Shown here piece after piece: positions 1-12,248 of a DNA stretch of 64,000 nucleotides (the first letter of the stretch is position 1; every line of letters starts with the position of its first letter). The DNA is from Trichinella spiralis (taxonomy: Eukaryota): positions 7,027,566 to 7,091,565 of the forward strand of contig NW_003526943.1 of NCBI RefSeq assembly GCF_000181795.1. The letters are read 5' to 3'. Under the pieces are notes generated by a model. That model saw nothing but the letters and a program-made list of their open reading frames with translations, was not told the DNA's origin and did no database searches. The position numbers were made by a program, and so were the translations under genes.

Positions 1-3000
1 CATCAAGCATCACAAACAACAGCGTTACACATTCTTTCCGCAAGCGTGATAAACCATAAGCAGAACAAAACTGTATTTTTTCTGACACCGCACACATGTG
101 TGCAACACTGATTTATCTATACACTACAAATATATACATATGCATGCACTGATTTGTGTTCGATTTTTGAAAATTAAGTTCCCAATCCAGAGTCTTGAAG
201 CAAACGATTGGCCATTTAGTAGCTGAAATCTTTCAATTAACATTAAACTGCGTATAATTTCATCGAATGTGCGCACACTTATCGGATATTTCTTTTTCAC
301 AACTCCATTTTGAGTGTCTATTTTCTTTATCATTAAAAAAATTCTTAAATAACATGTTCAATAAGGTGCAGAGCTTACTGTTCACGAATGAAAAATAAGC
401 AAGCAAGCAAGCACTGAATAAAATTCAAAGCTGTCGTCGTTCGTACGTAAGTACTACCACCACCACCACCACCACCACTGCTATTACTACTACTACTCAT
501 ACCAACTGTTCAAGCAGTAGAAGCGCAAAAACTGCATATGAAGTGCAACAGATCGATTTCTTTCTCCAGTCACCAGTCATTTCATTTTTACATTACTAGC
601 TTTTCATTAAATACAAGACAACGTTATCCAATACTTGACACTGGTATTTTATTTGCATGCTTTATTACATTATTTGCAAGCAGTAAATGGAATAAAAAGC
701 TCATTCAATTGTACGTCACATCCGTACTTTCTTTTCATTATACAACGTACAATAATAAACTGCACCCTAGAATTGGGGTGAACATGACATTCATGAGAAA
801 ATATTTTATTATACATAATAAAATAATGACTTCTGAAATTGTAATCTTTCGAGTTTCAAGAATCTGCATCTAGCAAAACAACATTCTTCAAAGTTACTTC
901 GAACAATACATTCGCATTTCAAAAACTTGAAGAAAATCTCAACCAAAGTATTTACATATTTATTATTTACAAATATATCTACAGTACAACAAAAATCTAT
1001 AAAAATGAAATCTTTCCTGTGCTGAAGTTTGCTAACATGAACTCGTTATACTAATTTCAATTCTTCCTTTCGCAAATAGTAACCATTTGAGATCAGCCAA
1101 TTCCATTACAAACAAAAAAAAAGAAAACACTGGACTGCAGAAATCAAAATGATAATTAAAAATAATCATATTTGCAAAAAATAATCGTGTTAATTAGAAA
1201 TAAAACCATAATTTAATTCCCTTTTCCTTCTTAATTTGTAATTACATTCACGCTACTTTTATGAATGTTCATTTAATCAAATATACATGCAGTTTGTTTT
1301 ACAAGAGTAAAAAACTTAAAAATTACATATAAACAAACAAACTCATTCCACATCTAGCTTAAAAACAATCCTAATATTTAAATGGAGAGAATTCTTCACG
1401 GACCTGCAAGTTTACACACTGTTCGCCTACAAAGCTGTTCATTGTTCAAATTACCTTAGTACTGGACTGATTAAGCAGCCAAAATTGAAAAAGACTAACA
1501 TAAAATGAGACTAACGTTCATTTGTACATGTATTTGTATAAAGTAGGCTTAATATATACAAGATTAATTCTGAAATGCAAACAATGAATTGGCCTCAGCA
1601 AGAGAACGCTGCCATTGACAATAATACCCATACTTCGTAAAGATGATAATGTTGCTCAAAGCAAACCTTTTACAATCAATGCACAAGCGAAAATGATTAA
1701 TAAAGAAAACAAATAATTAATGAAGTTTCCAGATGAGAAGTTCAGCAGATGCACAGCAGAAAAAGTTCAAAGCGTAAGAACAAAAAGAAGACAGTTTGGT
1801 GAGCATACGTTACTGTTTAGAAAAGATCAATATATCCATTCTAAGGTGAACTTACGAAAACAACATTGGCCGAACAAAACTAATAGATCAATCGAAAACT
1901 CTCCCATAATGATAGTTAACCACGGGTTAACTTCAGTTAAGAGAAATATATCAAAGTACACATCGGTGCAAACAAACTACCTACGCAATTAACATACGTG
2001 AGCTTTATATACCAACACGTTCCACTGAACTTAATCAATTCTGACTATTATAACTATTTGCATACCTTTACCCTGTAAATATTGAAAATGATTTGTCACT
2101 TACTTGATCAAATGATGCGCAGTACAACAATGCACAATAGCAAATATAGAATGCTGAACAGATTCAATACTTTTACTGTAGTTTAAAAGAAGTCAAGATT
2201 AATTAAAAATGCAGATCCGATTAATAAACTTACTAATTTTTTAGCGTGAATGTTTTTTTATAAAAAAATAAATTCATAACTGTTATAAAATTTTAAATAA
2301 ATAATTTTTAATTTGTGAAAAATTTTATGCACACACATTAAAATCAAATTTTATTTTTTAAATAAAGCGATGCAAATTTAAGCACATTTATTTGACTTTT
2401 TTAATTATAAAACGTTCGATTTGTATTAAACAAACGTCATAATCACTTTTTTTAATTTTAACGATTTCAGTGATATTTTTATTGTCATTATTGATAGTTA
2501 ATGAATAAGCAAAACAATTGCAGCAATTAATCTTTAAAATTTTCTTTGAATGCCTGATTTTTATTCGCGATGTGAATTTCAGGTTGACTTACATTTGTAA
2601 CAGTCAGCTTTTAGCATAAATTAGACATTTGTAAAGCATTCAATATCAAGTTGTTTTATTCATAATATTAATGCAATTTGATTTCTTAGATTTATAATAT
2701 TGAAAATTCTTTAAGAGCAGCATACTATATGCACATACTTATATTAAATAATTAATAATTGGAGTGTTTTAAAATTTACTGTAAAATAACGAAAAAATTT
2801 AGATGAAGCAAATGAAGTGTTTTACTAAATATTTATGCACATAATTAACCTGAGGATGTTTAAATCGGGGAAGTTGAAGTATTATAAATAAATCGGAATT
2901 CATTTGTATATTTTGTTAACAATTTTGGTAATTATTTACTACAATCTTGATTTTCAATTTTTCATTTTATTGTACTTTTTGTAAGTCAGTCAGTCGACCA

Positions 3001-4047
3001 TTAAAGTATAGATCTGAAAGGTATATAAATGAATATTGTTTTGATTTTTTTTTAAGTAGTTTTTTCTGATGAGAATTATTATCTTAAATTTGCAAAATAT
3101 GTTGTTTATTTTATAAAATTGTCTGTGAATATCAGAATGAAAGCAATGTTTTGACATATTGTTTATTTTCTGTATTTTTCAAATAATAATTTAAAAATAT
3201 ATATTAAAATGTTCTTAAATGGTAAAAGTTTTTTTTTCCGATGTATGATTTTGTTCTATGCTTGTTTTTGTTATATTAGTGCTACATTCACCGAGTTAAA
3301 TGTCTTTAGGTCATTGTTGGGTCACATTTTTACATTATTTGTATAATCTTAGCATATGATAATTAATGCTGCTTATTGAATTCGAGTCTTCAGATACTAT
3401 AATACACGTGTACTTTTTTGCTGAACGTCAGTCTTTGTAAATAGTCACCTAAAACGTATGTGCTTTTCATATATTTTTTCTATGATTATCGATAAATATG
3501 AAGTGAAATTTCACGAACAGAAAGTTGTTAGGATTTTGTTACACTTTATGAGTAAATTTTTCAAGTTATTTTTTTTATTCAGTACTGAATATAATGCAGT
3601 TTGTTGGGGATATTTTCAAGTACTGCATATGAGAAAATCACTGTAGTGATAATGTCAACTTTTTAAATTTTCATCTTCAAAAACTGCTTTTTTGAAAAAG
3701 AGTAAATTGTTTTCAAATAATTTATAATAAGAAGCAATTCATTGCATTGAAAAAATTTTTTGTGATTATTATGTCATTCAACTTGATTATCAGTTCTGCA
3801 TTGAATCTATAAAGAGAATTGAAGCAGAACTGAATTTCGTTGAACTTTTTCTTTTCAATGTGTACCAATTAACAGTATCGTAATGTTGATCTTTCTGTGA
3901 ATTACAGTAAATCTTAATAATTCAAAGGTTCAACTTGGTTAATATTTGAATTTTATTTTTTAAAGCATTTTTGTTGTCAATTTTAGAAATACTTTTTTTC
4001 AATTTGAATAAATGTTTTTTATAAATTAATTTTAAGATTTGTTTGAA

Positions 4048-5211
4048 ATGACCAGTCGACATGGACAGTCAACGTCAAGCGAGGGGCCAGTTATAATGAG
4101 AAAAGGTGACGAATTGTTTGCCGATGACAACGAATTCCAGAATGAGATGTTACGTCGAAGCCCTTGGAAAAAAGATCCCCATTATTTCAAGCGTGTGCAA
4201 ATGTCGACGCTGACTTTGATGAAAATTTCCAATCACGCGCAGTCGGGCAATGGTATCGAGGTGATGGGTTTGCTGCTTGGCAAGCCGATGGCGAACACGT
4301 TTGTAATTTTGGATTCGTTCGCGTTGCCTGTCGAAGGGACCGAAACCCGGGTCAACGCCCACGAACAAGCTTACGAATACATGGTGAGCTATTTGAATGG
4401 AAAAAATATGCTCGGGCGTATGGAAAACGTGATCGGATGGTATCACAGCCATCCCGGATACGGATGCTGGCTTTCCGGCATTGATGTCGACACGCAGATG
4501 TTGCACCAAATGTACGAGGAACCGTTCGTGGCCGTGGTGATCGATCCTTGCAGGACACTGTGCTCTGGCAAAGTGGACATTGGCGCATTTCGCACCTATC
4601 CCGAACATTACCAGCCGGCCGACGACGTTACCAATTACGAGTCGATTCCAATGGACAAGATCAAAGATTTCGGTGTCCACTGCAAACGCTACTACAAATT
4701 GGATATTGACTATTTTTCCTCTTCGATGGACACTCGCCTTTTGGAACTGATGACCAAGAACAATTGGATCAACGTGCTATCGACGGACAACAGTCGATCC
4801 GATCAGCATTTTGCCACATATCAGATTCGGGATTTGACTAACAAATTGGACGAACTGTGTTCAGTCGATTCCCCGAAAGCACGCAATGATTCCATAGTCG
4901 GCGCTAAGGGGGCCAAAGCCAACGCTGAGTCATCGTCGGCTGTTCAACTGCTTCGTGACGTCTGTCACTGTAGCAACGAGCTGTTGGCAAGCATGTTTGC
5001 CACGTCATTCAAGCAGCAGTTGTTCTGCAACGCCGGCGGCGTTGAAAATACCAACGAATTCTCTGGAACGGAATTATCCGCATGCGAGGATGAATTGGAA
5101 GAAGCGAACGAATCCAATTCCATTCCAAGCATGGACGCAACCAAAGATGATGATGACAATGAAATTGCTGAACAAATACCGGCCGAGAGGATGGATGTGG
5201 TGTCGACTTGA
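4048..5211 (+). CDS. csn-5: COP9 signalosome subunit 5 (JAMM/MPN+ deneddylase), single exon
   Basis: Contains PWKKDPHYFK, EVMGLLLGK, FALPVEGTETRVNA, the JAMM motif GWYHSHPGYGCWLSGIDV, and KIKDFGVHCKRYY. First ATG is at 4048; the ORF track starts at an upstream TTG. Confidence 0.97.
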   Translation: MTSRHGQSTSSEGPVIMRKGDELFADDNEFQNEMLRRSPWKKDPHYFKRVQMSTLTLMKISNHAQSGNGIEVMGLLLGKPMANTFVILDSFALPVEGTETRVNAHEQAYEYMVSYLNGKNMLGRMENVIGWYHSHPGYGCWLSGIDVDTQMLHQMYEEPFVAVVIDPCRTLCSGKVDIGAFRTYPEHYQPADDVTNYESIPMDKIKDFGVHCKRYYKLDIDYFSSSMDTRLLELMTKNNWINVLSTDNSRSDQHFATYQIRDLTNKLDELCSVDSPKARNDSIVGAKGAKANAESSSAVQLLRDVCHCSNELLASMFATSFKQQLFCNAGGVENTNEFSGTELSACEDELEEANESNSIPSMDATKDDDDNEIAEQIPAERMDVVST

Positions 5212-6538
5212 AATTTTTTTCAGTTTTCAGACTTGATTGATTTATTTGCATGCATGCAGTACTTTCAATTAATCATTTTTATTATTCTTTTCCCATTTCC
5301 TCCTATTCACTCACATGTGTGGTAGTTGAAAAACGAATAATGAAAATAAAAAGCATCGAAGCAACAATTCCTGTTTCGAACCCAAATTTAATTTTTTTTT
5401 ACATTGCTTTCCTTTCCATTGGAAAAAATTTTTCAAAGATCACCACCATTAAGCAGCGCATTTATATTTCATTTCTCAACTTTATTAACCGAGCAAAATA
5501 CAACAAAATCTGATAAAAAATCTGCTAATCCAATCAATCAAATATGAAAACATGAAAAACAAAACAACCAAAAATTAACATCAGTGATTCAAAGCAATAC
5601 AAGACTGGTGCAATTTGAAAGGCGGCATTTTAAATGATCACTTCTAATGTTAAATACTTTATGCCATGGAGATACTGTTCCATCGTATGCATGTTGCCTC
5701 AGCTTGTCGTAAAATGTATAAATTTCACAAATTTGCACATTCTAAAAGTAAACAATAATAATAAACATTATCATCATGGACTCCAATGCCACGGGAGTCC
5801 ATGATGTTTCCAGTGATTAATGGAAAGTTTTGTCACCATCTTCTGGAAGTTCATAAAATCTATTCAACCGATTATATCAACTTTCGTATACTGAAAATCT
5901 CACAAATGCATTCATTATTGTGATTACATTCCAGATGTGATCTTCTCTGTGAGCTTACGCTCTTTCAGGCTTCTCCATTGTAGATAGATTTGCCCTCGTA
6001 TTGGCATCGCATATTCCGTGGATTTTTCCGTTTGAATTTGTTGGGTGCACTTGGGTCTTGTAAACTATACGGTTGATCCATAGACAAAATTGTTGATTCG
6101 GAAGAAGTAATTCCACTTTGTATATATATACTAAAGGATCATTTTTGTTTGTTCGAGTCAATCGCCTCATTAATACTTTGCCAAGTTGGGAAGAATGTAC
6201 CCGTCGGTGTTCTTCGCTGGCAAGAGAACAGCTGAAATGAGGAATCCCCAGAGATTGGGAATTGTGTTGATTGCTATCGACATTAATGAACGTATCGAGT
6301 GTAATTGTCAAATCTAATGCTTCTTCCCATTGTTCTATTGGTAACTGTTGAAACCATTGCGCTAGGGTGATTGCCTTCCATATGACTTCGTGATATCTTT
6401 TTCTCGTCCCTTTCCTTGAGGGCTTGCATGCAGTCGTACGGCTAGTAACCTCACAAACAGTTAACACATATCGATTACTTGACACAGATGGCAGTGGTCC
6501 TTTAAAGTCGATGTTTAACCGTTGCCTTAATTTGATTT
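5197..6538 (-). repeat. Copy A of a ~1.3 kb inverted duplication (partner 50620-51916); carries a gypsy integrase fragment at about 5955-6538
   Basis: Its reverse complement matches 50620-51916. Both copies encode SSNRYVLTVCEVTSRTTA...NLSTMEK.ERA, and the non-coding parts are near-identical. Confidence 0.95.
5772..5806. other. Perfect 13-bp stem hairpin (CATCATGGACTCC-9 nt-GGAGTCCATGATG)
   Basis: Read directly; the same hairpin is present in the duplicate at 51335-51369. Confidence 0.9.
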
Positions 6539-7129
6539 ATAAACAAAATAGCTGATTCGGTAAACAACACATTGGCAGGCATTCAAATCAGTGCAGATCA
6601 CGGCTTTATACCTTTCTCTATGCTAAATCAAAATGAATTGATCATTAATAATAAAAAATGTGCACGCTACATTCTACACATACTTTAGAACACTGCCAAC
6701 GCTTCTTTGCTAAAGCAGTATATTTTAACAGCAGTTGTTTCTCATTTTCATCACCGTCAATGGATTCTGATACACCTCAATCCCAGTACAGAAACAGCGA
6801 TCTTATCCAGAGGTTGCTGGTTCGAATCTGGTTCACATAACCAAACCGGAGTGTAATATCAATCAGATGTTTCCAGCAGTGGATTCTTTGTAAATATTTA
6901 GCATGTTTCTAAACAATGAAAATTAAGAATCACAGTTTCGCTATAAATTCCAGTCAGTCTTAGATTTCGATAACTAATAGCAATAAAGTTAAAAAACATT
7001 GGTTCAAGAAAAATCGCTCTCTTTCGCCTCAGCGCTGAGATCTTTTAACTTACAACTAAAATTAACAACAATGACAACTACAACCATATAAAGCAGTCAA
7101 ACTTGCTCATGGGTCCAAGTCAGTGCCGT

Positions 7130-7350
7130 CTAATTTATGCCTGCCAAGATTGAAAATAAGACAGTTCAAAGAAGAATTAAATGGGGATTCATGATTTTAC
7201 GACAATAGATACAAGTATGGCACCCCGGACCATCAAAAAATTCAGCAATCTACAATCACTGCTGATGGAATGCCTTTACAACAACCAAAGGATTGTCACT
7301 GAATACAGCAAATTATGAAACGACCATGAAGGTTTGAAAAGCTCTATTAC
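7130..7350 (+). mobile_element. Degenerate BEL/Pao LTR retrotransposon gag (DUF1759-like) remnant
   Basis: Broken frames give LCLPRLKIRQFKEE, IKKFSNLQSLL and TTKGLSLNTANYETTMKV*K. These resemble BEL/Pao gag segments LPKLEIPKF, KF.YL.SLL and I.GL.LT..NY..A..LL. Confidence 0.55.
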
Positions 7351-7867
7351 CAAAAAAATCATCATAAAGAAGACAATTTTACCTTTACATTATAAAGATC
7401 GCCTAATATTAATGAAACGTGTGGACTTTTTCTTCCAGCAGTTTTCTATTCTCTTCGGGTATTTCTATTCTTACGTATCAACAATGAGACGTAATATGTA
7501 AGATAACTGTTTACTGAAGAGTAAATACAGCACAGCAAACAACAGAAAAGTAAGAACGAGGTAAACAATGACGGTGACAACCAAGTCACTGAGAAAGAAA
7601 ATTAACTAACTTGTCCCAGAGGCCACAAACAAAAGCACACACACCACCTACATCACCACCGGATCTTCAGGTATCAGCCAGTATACGGTAGTTTTTGTAC
7701 AATCTTACTGTCATCTGAAATTACAAATATCTACTACTACGAATGGGATGTTTGTTACATTAATTTAAAATAAATTTATTATTCAATCAATAAAATAACT
7801 CTATTCAACATATTTTCCCGCACAGTACAGCTGTTTCAATAGAAACATAATCTTGGAATAATCATTA

Positions 7868-8212
7868 TTAGTGCTGTTGGGAAATCTTCAGTTCGAACTT
7901 GAGTATCCATTTTGTAAGTGGACTGTGTTGATCTATTTATAAGTGATTCAAACAAGGTATGCCGAGTAATTCAATTTCAAGAGAAGGTTTGGTAGTGAGA
8001 CAGTAGCTAATACGAAATTCAAGCGTTCTGATAGCAGATTTTCTCGCGTATGTTTTTCCAACTTTTCCGCTCAATTTCTACCGGAAGCAGTGATCTGACT
8101 CTGCGTCTGGTAGGTCAGACTCTCTGGTTCCGTCAATTAATTAGTGTTGTTAAGAAATCCTTCGTTCAAACTTGAGGATCTCTTTTGTAATGGACTGTAG
8201 AATTTGTTTATA
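7868..8212. repeat. Degenerate ~75 bp direct repeat (7868-7941 and 8141-8212)
   Basis: ttagtgctgttgggaaatc...aacttgagtatccattttgtaagtggactgt aligns with ttagtgttgttaagaaatcc...aacttgaggatctcttttgtaatggactgt. Confidence 0.75.
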
Positions 8213-8964
8213 GATAATCGACAAGAAGGTCTGTGATAAGATGCGATTTATTCAGTTCAAGCAAGATGTAAAATCCTACGCTTCGAGTGATATTTTTAGA
8301 TATTCGATCTGACTTGACCTAGCCACAATAACCAACTCCAATAGCGTACATCATTAAGCTGTTGCTCTGTCAACATTTCTGATCGATTTATTGGAACAGA
8401 TGCCGTTGTTTACTGGGAAAAGAAACAACTGTTGTCGTTATTGAACCAGAGAAACAACTTAATCAGTAGAGTTGCGTTCAGATCGTGGTAGAGAATAGCT
8501 GCTGTGATCCTTTTCGTTCATACTTTGCCTGTGTTTGATTGTATATTCAATAAAATACACTCGAGATTATCATATACGAAAAGCGAGATTTGTGAAATTC
8601 AAATTTAGCCGCGAAAGAAGACAGTTAGTTGTAGAACCTAATTGTCTATAACAAAGTGTAGTACGATTACCCTGCAAGTCTACTACACAAGGATTAAAAT
8701 AGCGAGATAGCAAAGAAAACGACGGTTCAAGCGATCAGATAGACGTCGTGTTCCGTGTGATTTTGTGTGTTGTGTGATTGTATGATTGTCCCTCCTCCCT
8801 CACTCTTATTTACACATTTTCTTTAAGCTGACTCCACGTCTCGTGGCTTAAATCTCCGAGAATCGGTTAAATAACTGACTTGATTGCGCAATTGATTGGA
8901 CTGTATAGGTTCGTCTGGTCTGAACAGCCGCGCTGTCAGAAACATTTCATTTTGACGCGTTTTC

Positions 8965-9460
8965 AGCAGCTGACCGGAGTTGTGGCGGTTGTACATTTAA
9001 AATTGTTCACCGTCGAGAAAAACAAGGGAGGCAGCTGGCGTTGCGTCGCCGTTGTTTTCGTACAAGGAGTAATGTTTTGACCACGGGGAGTTTCTGGTAC
9101 TGATGAGTAGGTGTAGAGAAAAGATTTCTCAACAAGTGTAATTTCGGCTGTTGCCCATTTATGCAGTTGGCTTTAGTAGCTTTAACCTGAACAGCCGCGT
9201 TCCCAGGCCATCTCAACTTGATGGATTGCCAGCAGCTGACTACCGGAGTTGTGAGAGCACTACGGTGTAGACGCTAACTTTTGACAGGTTTACTGGGGTT
9301 CTATTGTTCACTGTTAGAGAATAATATCGGGATTGAAATTCATCAAATCAGCGTTGTATTGTATTCGTTTCACGTGATCAGGTGAAAGTGTTGTTTTCGA
9401 TCGCGGGAATTTAGCTTCCAATTAGAAGATAGTGAGAAAAGATTTTCAACAAGTGCATTG
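8965..9460. repeat. Degenerate tandem duplication of TE-like sequence
   Basis: Blocks shared by the two halves: cagcagctgac..cggagttgtg, attgttcac.gt.gaga and gagaaaagattt.tcaacaagtg. Confidence 0.6.
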
Positions 9461-9475
9461 AAAACTCTGAAGAGG

Positions 9476-9570
9476 TAAGCTTTTTTAAACAGAACGCGGT
9501 CAACATGCAGATGCGATTGTAAGATTAGGTAGACTGTATACAGAATTAATCAAGTATAAAATGCCCATAC
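9476..9570 (-). mobile_element. LTR-like fragment related to 12249-12382
   Basis: taagc...atgcagatgcgattgtaag...gtagactgta...taatcaagtat aligns with 12273-12370. Confidence 0.65.
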
Positions 9571-10133
9571 TTTCCTGAATGCACTACATTCACCGCTCGC
9601 CTAGTATTGGACTTCGTTTTGTAGGTACTTCGGTGGTCCTCTTGTTCCATTTTTAGATCCATTTTTTTGCTAGTTAACGATAGTTAAAATTTCACAGGGC
9701 CATATAGCTAATCTACAATCTAATTAATGGAAGCTAAAGTATGCTAATTTATTTTAAAAAAGTGGTGCCATGTGCTCATAATTAAAATAAAATATAGAAG
9801 AAGAAATTGCTGTTGATTAAACATTGGCGTCTTGCATTAGTAAAATCACATTTCACACCAAATCATCTTTGAATATTAGTACAGCTCGAGGTTGTTTTTT
9901 TGGTTGCAGTGGACATGTTAAGGCTTACACCTCCTGTTGCAACAACTACCACGTTCCTTTGTTTTATCATTCTCATTATTGGGCTGTTGTTGAAGACAGA
10001 TGTAAATGTTGTCAATGTTGGCAAAATAATGCATAATCTGTTCACAGCTGTCGGATCAGTTGTGTTGAAATATCTGAAGACGATCACTGTCAAATAACCG
10101 AGAATACTTGCAGCAGTTTATTAAAACAGGAAG

Positions 10134-10137
<4 letters not shown>

Positions 10138-10190
<53 letters not shown>
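10138..10190. repeat. (AT)n microsatellite
   Basis: About 26 perfect AT units. Confidence 0.98.
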
Positions 10191-10195
<5 letters not shown>

Positions 10196-10430
10196 GAAAA
10201 TGAAAGAGAAGAGAGAGTGAAAGCTGATCAGAGTTCACGCAACGATCATCAGCAAGTGAGGTTAACTAGAATAAGATCTTGATTGCTTGCTCATTAACGC
10301 TTTTTTACGCGTTTTTCACTTCACTTTCGTTTAATGTGTTTACTCTAAGTATCTTTTTGAACAAGTTGTCTCATTTTGCATATTATAGCCGTGCTGCCGT
10401 TTTTGAAAGTTATCGTTGTTCGACTTTGTG

Positions 10431-12119
10431 ATGGCTTTGAGATTTCTCACGTTGGAAAATGTGATAGATTATTTAGAGACGTTACCCCCAGAACAAATGA
10501 ATGCAGAAGTTTGTCAGCTACCACCTCTTTGTGAAGATAGTAACCTGACTGATGAGGAGCAGATCGAGGAAAACGATTTAGCAGAAGTGATGCCATTAGA
10601 TGTCTGTGGTGAGCTAGACGTCACCTTAGACAGCGATGTAATTGAGGATGCAGACGATTTCTATGAGTCCTCTGACAGTCAAACTTGGAGCAAGCGGAAA
10701 TCGCTGAATCATGTATTTGAAAATATTCCAGTTTTACCCCTGTCAACATTAGCTCCTGAATTGATTTCTTTGAACCCCATCGAACTCTTTTATAAGATTA
10801 TGCCTAAAGAAGAAATGGCACATTTTGCTGAAATGACAGAACGATATGCTCTGCAGAAGGGAGTGACTCTGAGTGTTGAAGAAGAAGATATCGAAAAGTT
10901 TTTCGGCCTCCTCCTTTTGAGTGGATATAACTGCGTGCCGTGCGAGAGCATGTTCTGGAGCACAGATGAAGACCTCGCAGTACCTATTGCACGGGCTACA
11001 ATGAGTCGAAACAGATTTTATGATTTGAAAAAATATTTTCACATTGTAGACAACATGACGCTTCAAGAAGGCGACAAATTGGCAAAGATATCGCCAATGT
11101 ATGAAAATATGGGAAAGCGTCTGCGCCAGTGGGGTATTTTTAGTGAAGCGCTTTCTATTGATCAATGTATGGTGCCATACCATGGGAATCGTAGCTGCAA
11201 AATGTTCATTAAAGGAAAGGAAATTCGCTTTGGTTTCAAAGTATGGACGATGGCATCTTCAAGTGGTTATCCGTACGCCATGCAGATATACGCTGGTAAG
11301 GAAAGGGACAGATATAAAGAACCGCTTGGTTTTAGCGTTGTAAAAGAAATGGTTTCTCATTTGAGTGAACCAAATAAGTATCACGTTTATTTTGACAACT
11401 TTTTTACTTCACCTCACCTTATGAAAGAACTGACACAAAAAGGAATAAAAGCTACGGGTACAATTCGAGATGCCAGAATACGCAACTGCCCCCTCATGAG
11501 ACCCGAAGTAATAACCGAGAAGTCCCGAGGATATTTCGACCATACATGTGATGGTGATATGTATGTCTGTCGATGGAATGACAACGTTACGGTGACCATA
11601 GCATCCAATTATCATACTCATTTCCCAGTTGGAAGTGTTAAAAGATATTCGAGAGCTGAGAAGAAACATGTCAATATAACACAGCCAAACATCATAAGGC
11701 AGTACAACAAATGTGTTAATGGTGTATCTGTGATGGATAAAATGTTATCTAGTTACCGGCCGAAAATAAGATCAAAAAAATGGTGGTGGAGTTTATTTTC
11801 ACATGCGTTGAATATGGCCGTAGTGGCAGCTTGGAAATTGCACAGGGAGCTACATACAACAACCAGTGACCAGCTGTCGCATTTACAGTTCCGCCGGGAA
11901 ATCACTATCCATTTATTGCACGCGATGCCATTTGTAAGAAGCCAGCCGGGGCCACGGTCACATTTACCAATGAGCCTCCGGACTTCGCACGGACACTATC
12001 TCCAATCATGTACCCAAGGACGATGTGCATTTTGCAAAAAAAACTGCAGAAATGAATGTGTTCGGTGCAAAAAGAGGCTACACCGAAATTGCTTTCCCTC
12101 CTATCACGGTTTAGCATAA
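10431..12119 (+). CDS. piggyBac-derived transposase-like protein (PGBD type, DDE_Tnp_1_7 plus C-terminal Cys-rich domain), intact single-exon ORF
   Basis: Contains MSRNRF, LSIDQCMVPYHG, RFGFKVW, YFDNFFTS, ATGTIR, WNDN, YNKCVNGVSVMD and KKWW, then CAFC..C..CVRC..LH..CFPSYH. ATG at 10431. Confidence 0.93.
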   Translation: MALRFLTLENVIDYLETLPPEQMNAEVCQLPPLCEDSNLTDEEQIEENDLAEVMPLDVCGELDVTLDSDVIEDADDFYESSDSQTWSKRKSLNHVFENIPVLPLSTLAPELISLNPIELFYKIMPKEEMAHFAEMTERYALQKGVTLSVEEEDIEKFFGLLLLSGYNCVPCESMFWSTDEDLAVPIARATMSRNRFYDLKKYFHIVDNMTLQEGDKLAKISPMYENMGKRLRQWGIFSEALSIDQCMVPYHGNRSCKMFIKGKEIRFGFKVWTMASSSGYPYAMQIYAGKERDRYKEPLGFSVVKEMVSHLSEPNKYHVYFDNFFTSPHLMKELTQKGIKATGTIRDARIRNCPLMRPEVITEKSRGYFDHTCDGDMYVCRWNDNVTVTIASNYHTHFPVGSVKRYSRAEKKHVNITQPNIIRQYNKCVNGVSVMDKMLSSYRPKIRSKKWWWSLFSHALNMAVVAAWKLHRELHTTTSDQLSHLQFRREITIHLLHAMPFVRSQPGPRSHLPMSLRTSHGHYLQSCTQGRCAFCKKNCRNECVRCKKRLHRNCFPSYHGLA

Positions 12120-12248
12120 TTTTCCCTTTATATTTCTACAGTAAAATAAATTTATGTCATTCACAATGTGACGTGAAGTACAAAGTATTGAATTATTGGG
12201 GTAACTGATAAGTCAAAATGCCAGTGTTCCTTGAACTTGTAAATGAAT

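Noticed and set aside
1..333. Minus-strand KKKYPISVRTFDEIIR and a downstream IDKS, reminiscent of bacterial AAA-ATPase-like N-termini (possible horizontal transfer)
   Set aside because: I could not splice the pieces in frame, there is no intact Walker A, and the match is too short. It would need a tBLASTn including sequence left of the window.
5955..6485. 176 aa ORF (and 50673-51186 ORFs) as functional genes
   Set aside because: Frameshifted, internally deleted gypsy integrase; motifs are spread over different frames and the starts are non-ATG.
7868..9460. Spaced direct repeats as a CRISPR-like array
   Set aside because: Only two degenerate copies of each, irregular spacing, eukaryotic context and no cas genes.
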